The position numbers and the translations under genes are program-made. Below, one piece after another: positions 62,597-64,000 of a DNA stretch of 64,000 nucleotides. The notes beneath the pieces were generated by a model. That model had not been told where the DNA came from and made no database searches. It worked only from the letters and a program-made list of their open reading frames with translations. Position 1 is the stretch's first letter. Each line of letters begins with the position of its first letter. Origin of the DNA: Elusimicrobiota bacterium (GTDB taxonomy: Bacteria; Elusimicrobiota; Elusimicrobia; UBA1565); NCBI GenBank assembly GCA_016212885.1, contig JACRDO010000118.1, positions 6,296 through 70,295 of the forward strand, in the 5' to 3' direction.

Positions 62597-63723
62597 TAAA
62601 CGGGCCCGATGGCCGCCCTCTTGGGCTCGAAGAGGATCAGGGTGCGCCGGAGCTCCCCCTCCTCCTCCAGGTGGACGGCCCGGACGTGGCAGGGCTCCTG
62701 ACGGAACATAGTGTCGGTTTCGACGGCCTGATTCGGGCGGTCGAGCGCGACCCCGACCAGACGCAGCACGTCCTGCTGCTGGCTGTCGATGACGTCGAGC
62801 AGGTGCAGGCGCGCGTTCGGATCGCTCGTCGCCGCCACCGGGAAATTCGTGTAGAGGACGGAGTTGTCCTCATCGACCACGATCGCGCGATGGGTCTTGG
62901 CGACGATGGTGGTCAGGATGGACTGCCACCACCTCTGCTCCGCGACGCCCCGCTGCTTCTCCTTGACCATCGTGTTTGCGCGGTCGGCCTTGACCTTCTG
63001 AAGGAACACCCCGACCACGCCGGCGATCTCCCCGATCTCGTCCTTCCTGGCCGGGAATTTGAGGTCCAGGTTCTTGAAGGAGATCGCCTCGATGGAGTCG
63101 CGCAGATGGAGCATCGGGTTGATGACGAAGTGATGCAGGAAGAAGTAGAGCGGGATGCCGAGCAGGAACAGGACCCCGACTGCGCCGAGGACGTACTTGC
63201 GCATGGCCTGGGCGATGACCTCCTGGACCCCCTCCCGGGAGACCTGCATGTCCACGATTCCCACGACTTCGCCCCGCACCGCCAAGGGGATCGCGATCTC
63301 GTAGAGCGCCTGGCCCGGCACGGCCCGCACCTTCGGCGTCTTCGTGAGGTAAGCCTGCTCGACCGAATCGGTCGGCAGGGGGATGTTCTTGGTGAACTCG
63401 TCGAATGATTTTCCGATGAAGTTCGGATCCTTGAACCAGCGGACCTCGCCGTAGCGGTTGAAGTACACGAGCGCCGCGACCCGCTCGTCCTTCGCGAGCC
63501 CCTCGCTGATGATCTGGTACTCGTCCATCGTAATCGCGCTCTGGCGCGTGCTCAGCCCGCGGATGAGCTGGAACACCTGGGCCTTGACGAGGTCGATGGC
63601 CTCCTGCTTGAGCTTCTCGTCGAAAGTCCATTTGAACAGGTTGTAGTAGAAGATGCCGCCGAGGAACATCACGTAGACGCCGATCGTCACGTACCAGAGA
63701 AACCACTTCGTCGCGAGTCTCAT
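62596..63723 (-). CDS. membrane HAMP-domain protein (no output domain)
   Basis: N-terminal TM, periplasmic region, second TM 'VLGAVGVLFLLGIPLYFFL', then HAMP 'LRDSIEAISFKNLDLKFPARKDEIGEIAGVVGVF'. C-terminal ~140 aa of unknown function. Confidence 0.65.
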   Translation of the reverse strand: MRLATKWFLWYVTIGVYVMFLGGIFYYNLFKWTFDEKLKQEAIDLVKAQVFQLIRGLSTRQSAITMDEYQIISEGLAKDERVAALVYFNRYGEVRWFKDPNFIGKSFDEFTKNIPLPTDSVEQAYLTKTPKVRAVPGQALYEIAIPLAVRGEVVGIVDMQVSREGVQEVIAQAMRKYVLGAVGVLFLLGIPLYFFLHHFVINPMLHLRDSIEAISFKNLDLKFPARKDEIGEIAGVVGVFLQKVKADRANTMVKEKQRGVAEQRWWQSILTTIVAKTHRAIVVDEDNSVLYTNFPVAATSDPNARLHLLDVIDSQQQDVLRLVGVALDRPNQAVETDTMFRQEPCHVRAVHLEEEGELRRTLILFEPKRAAIGPV

Positions 63724-63729
63724 GTCTGT

Positions 63730-64000
63730 CTACTTCCCGCCGCCGTACGCGTTGTCGATGCGCTGCAGTCCAGCCGCGCAGTCGCTGTTCGCCGGATCGT
63801 ACCGCCTGCACAGCAGCCACTCATCGCGCGCCTTCGCATAATCGCCTTTCTGGAAAGCGACCACGCCCATCGTCCAATGCCGGCCCGCCTCTTTCTTGTC
63901 CGGGGCCCCACCCCCCATCTGCATGCTTGCCTCAGCCTGCGGCTCCGCAGGCGCCTGGGCGGCGGGGGGCTTTTGAAACGCCGGCCGCTCCATCGGCTTT
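63730..64000 (-). CDS. 3' end of a gene encoding a TPR-like C-terminal Cys-motif module (5' part lies beyond the window)
   Basis: 'WTMGVVAFQKGDYAKARDEWLLCRRYDPANSDCAAGLQRI' is paralogous to the C-terminus of the 6429-10193 kinase ('GIGLAAFRNGDYERAREEWRLCRQLDPANMDCVKGLQEV'). Truncated by the window edge. Confidence 0.5.
   Translation of the reverse strand, partial: KPMERPAFQKPPAAQAPAEPQAEASMQMGGGAPDKKEAGRHWTMGVVAFQKGDYAKARDEWLLCRRYDPANSDCAAGLQRIDNAYGGGK

Overview
This is a high-GC (about 65-70%) bacterial chromosomal window with Gram-negative-type features (outer-membrane beta-barrels, a DUF481 outer-membrane protein). It is rich in eukaryote-like signalling proteins and proteases. The lineage cannot be assigned from sequence alone.

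Main content, left to right:
- GlgE maltosyltransferase.
- A VapBC toxin-antitoxin pair, a TIGR04255-like protein and a cyclophilin.
- A long minus-strand signalling operon with 1-nt start/stop overlaps: FHA-adenylate/guanylate cyclase, then Ser/Thr kinase with TPR and WD40 repeats, then PP2C phosphatase, then a HEAT-repeat protein. Upstream on the same strand lie an acyl-CoA dehydrogenase, a neutral-ceramidase-like protein and a beta-barrel outer-membrane protein.
- An AT-rich HepT/MntA toxin-antitoxin islet, a ferredoxin, EttA (an ABC-F protein), a methyltransferase, a cupin and a DUF4160/DUF2442-HTH pair.
- An unusual membrane tri-fusion of a PQ-loop domain, a uridine-kinase-like domain and a cytidine-deaminase-like domain.
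- An orphan Cas3 with no Cascade, cas1/cas2 or CRISPR array in the window. It is coupled to a secreted ACE-like M2 peptidase.
- A GH20 hexosaminidase, a cNMP-binding protein, an RCK channel-like protein, an MBL-fold hydrolase and a receiver protein.
- A very large membrane M48-like peptidase and a second Ser/Thr kinase-WD40 paralog that carries a recent WD40 blade duplication.
- An amidase, a UppP-M28 fusion, a zf-YgiT/DUF4258 pair and a frameshifted transglutaminase-like gene.
- A lower-GC VapBC plus truncated-Fic islet.
- A 2040-aa mosaic protease with two S8 domains, an HExxH site and HEAT repeats.
- A dense two-component cluster.

Sequence-level observations: a roughly 70-90 bp multi-palindromic repeat is present in four copies, three of them translated in frame inside protein-coding genes. 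A perfect 27-bp inverted repeat lies at 62.5 kb.

Many long antisense ORFs in the six-frame track are GC-driven artefacts and are not called.
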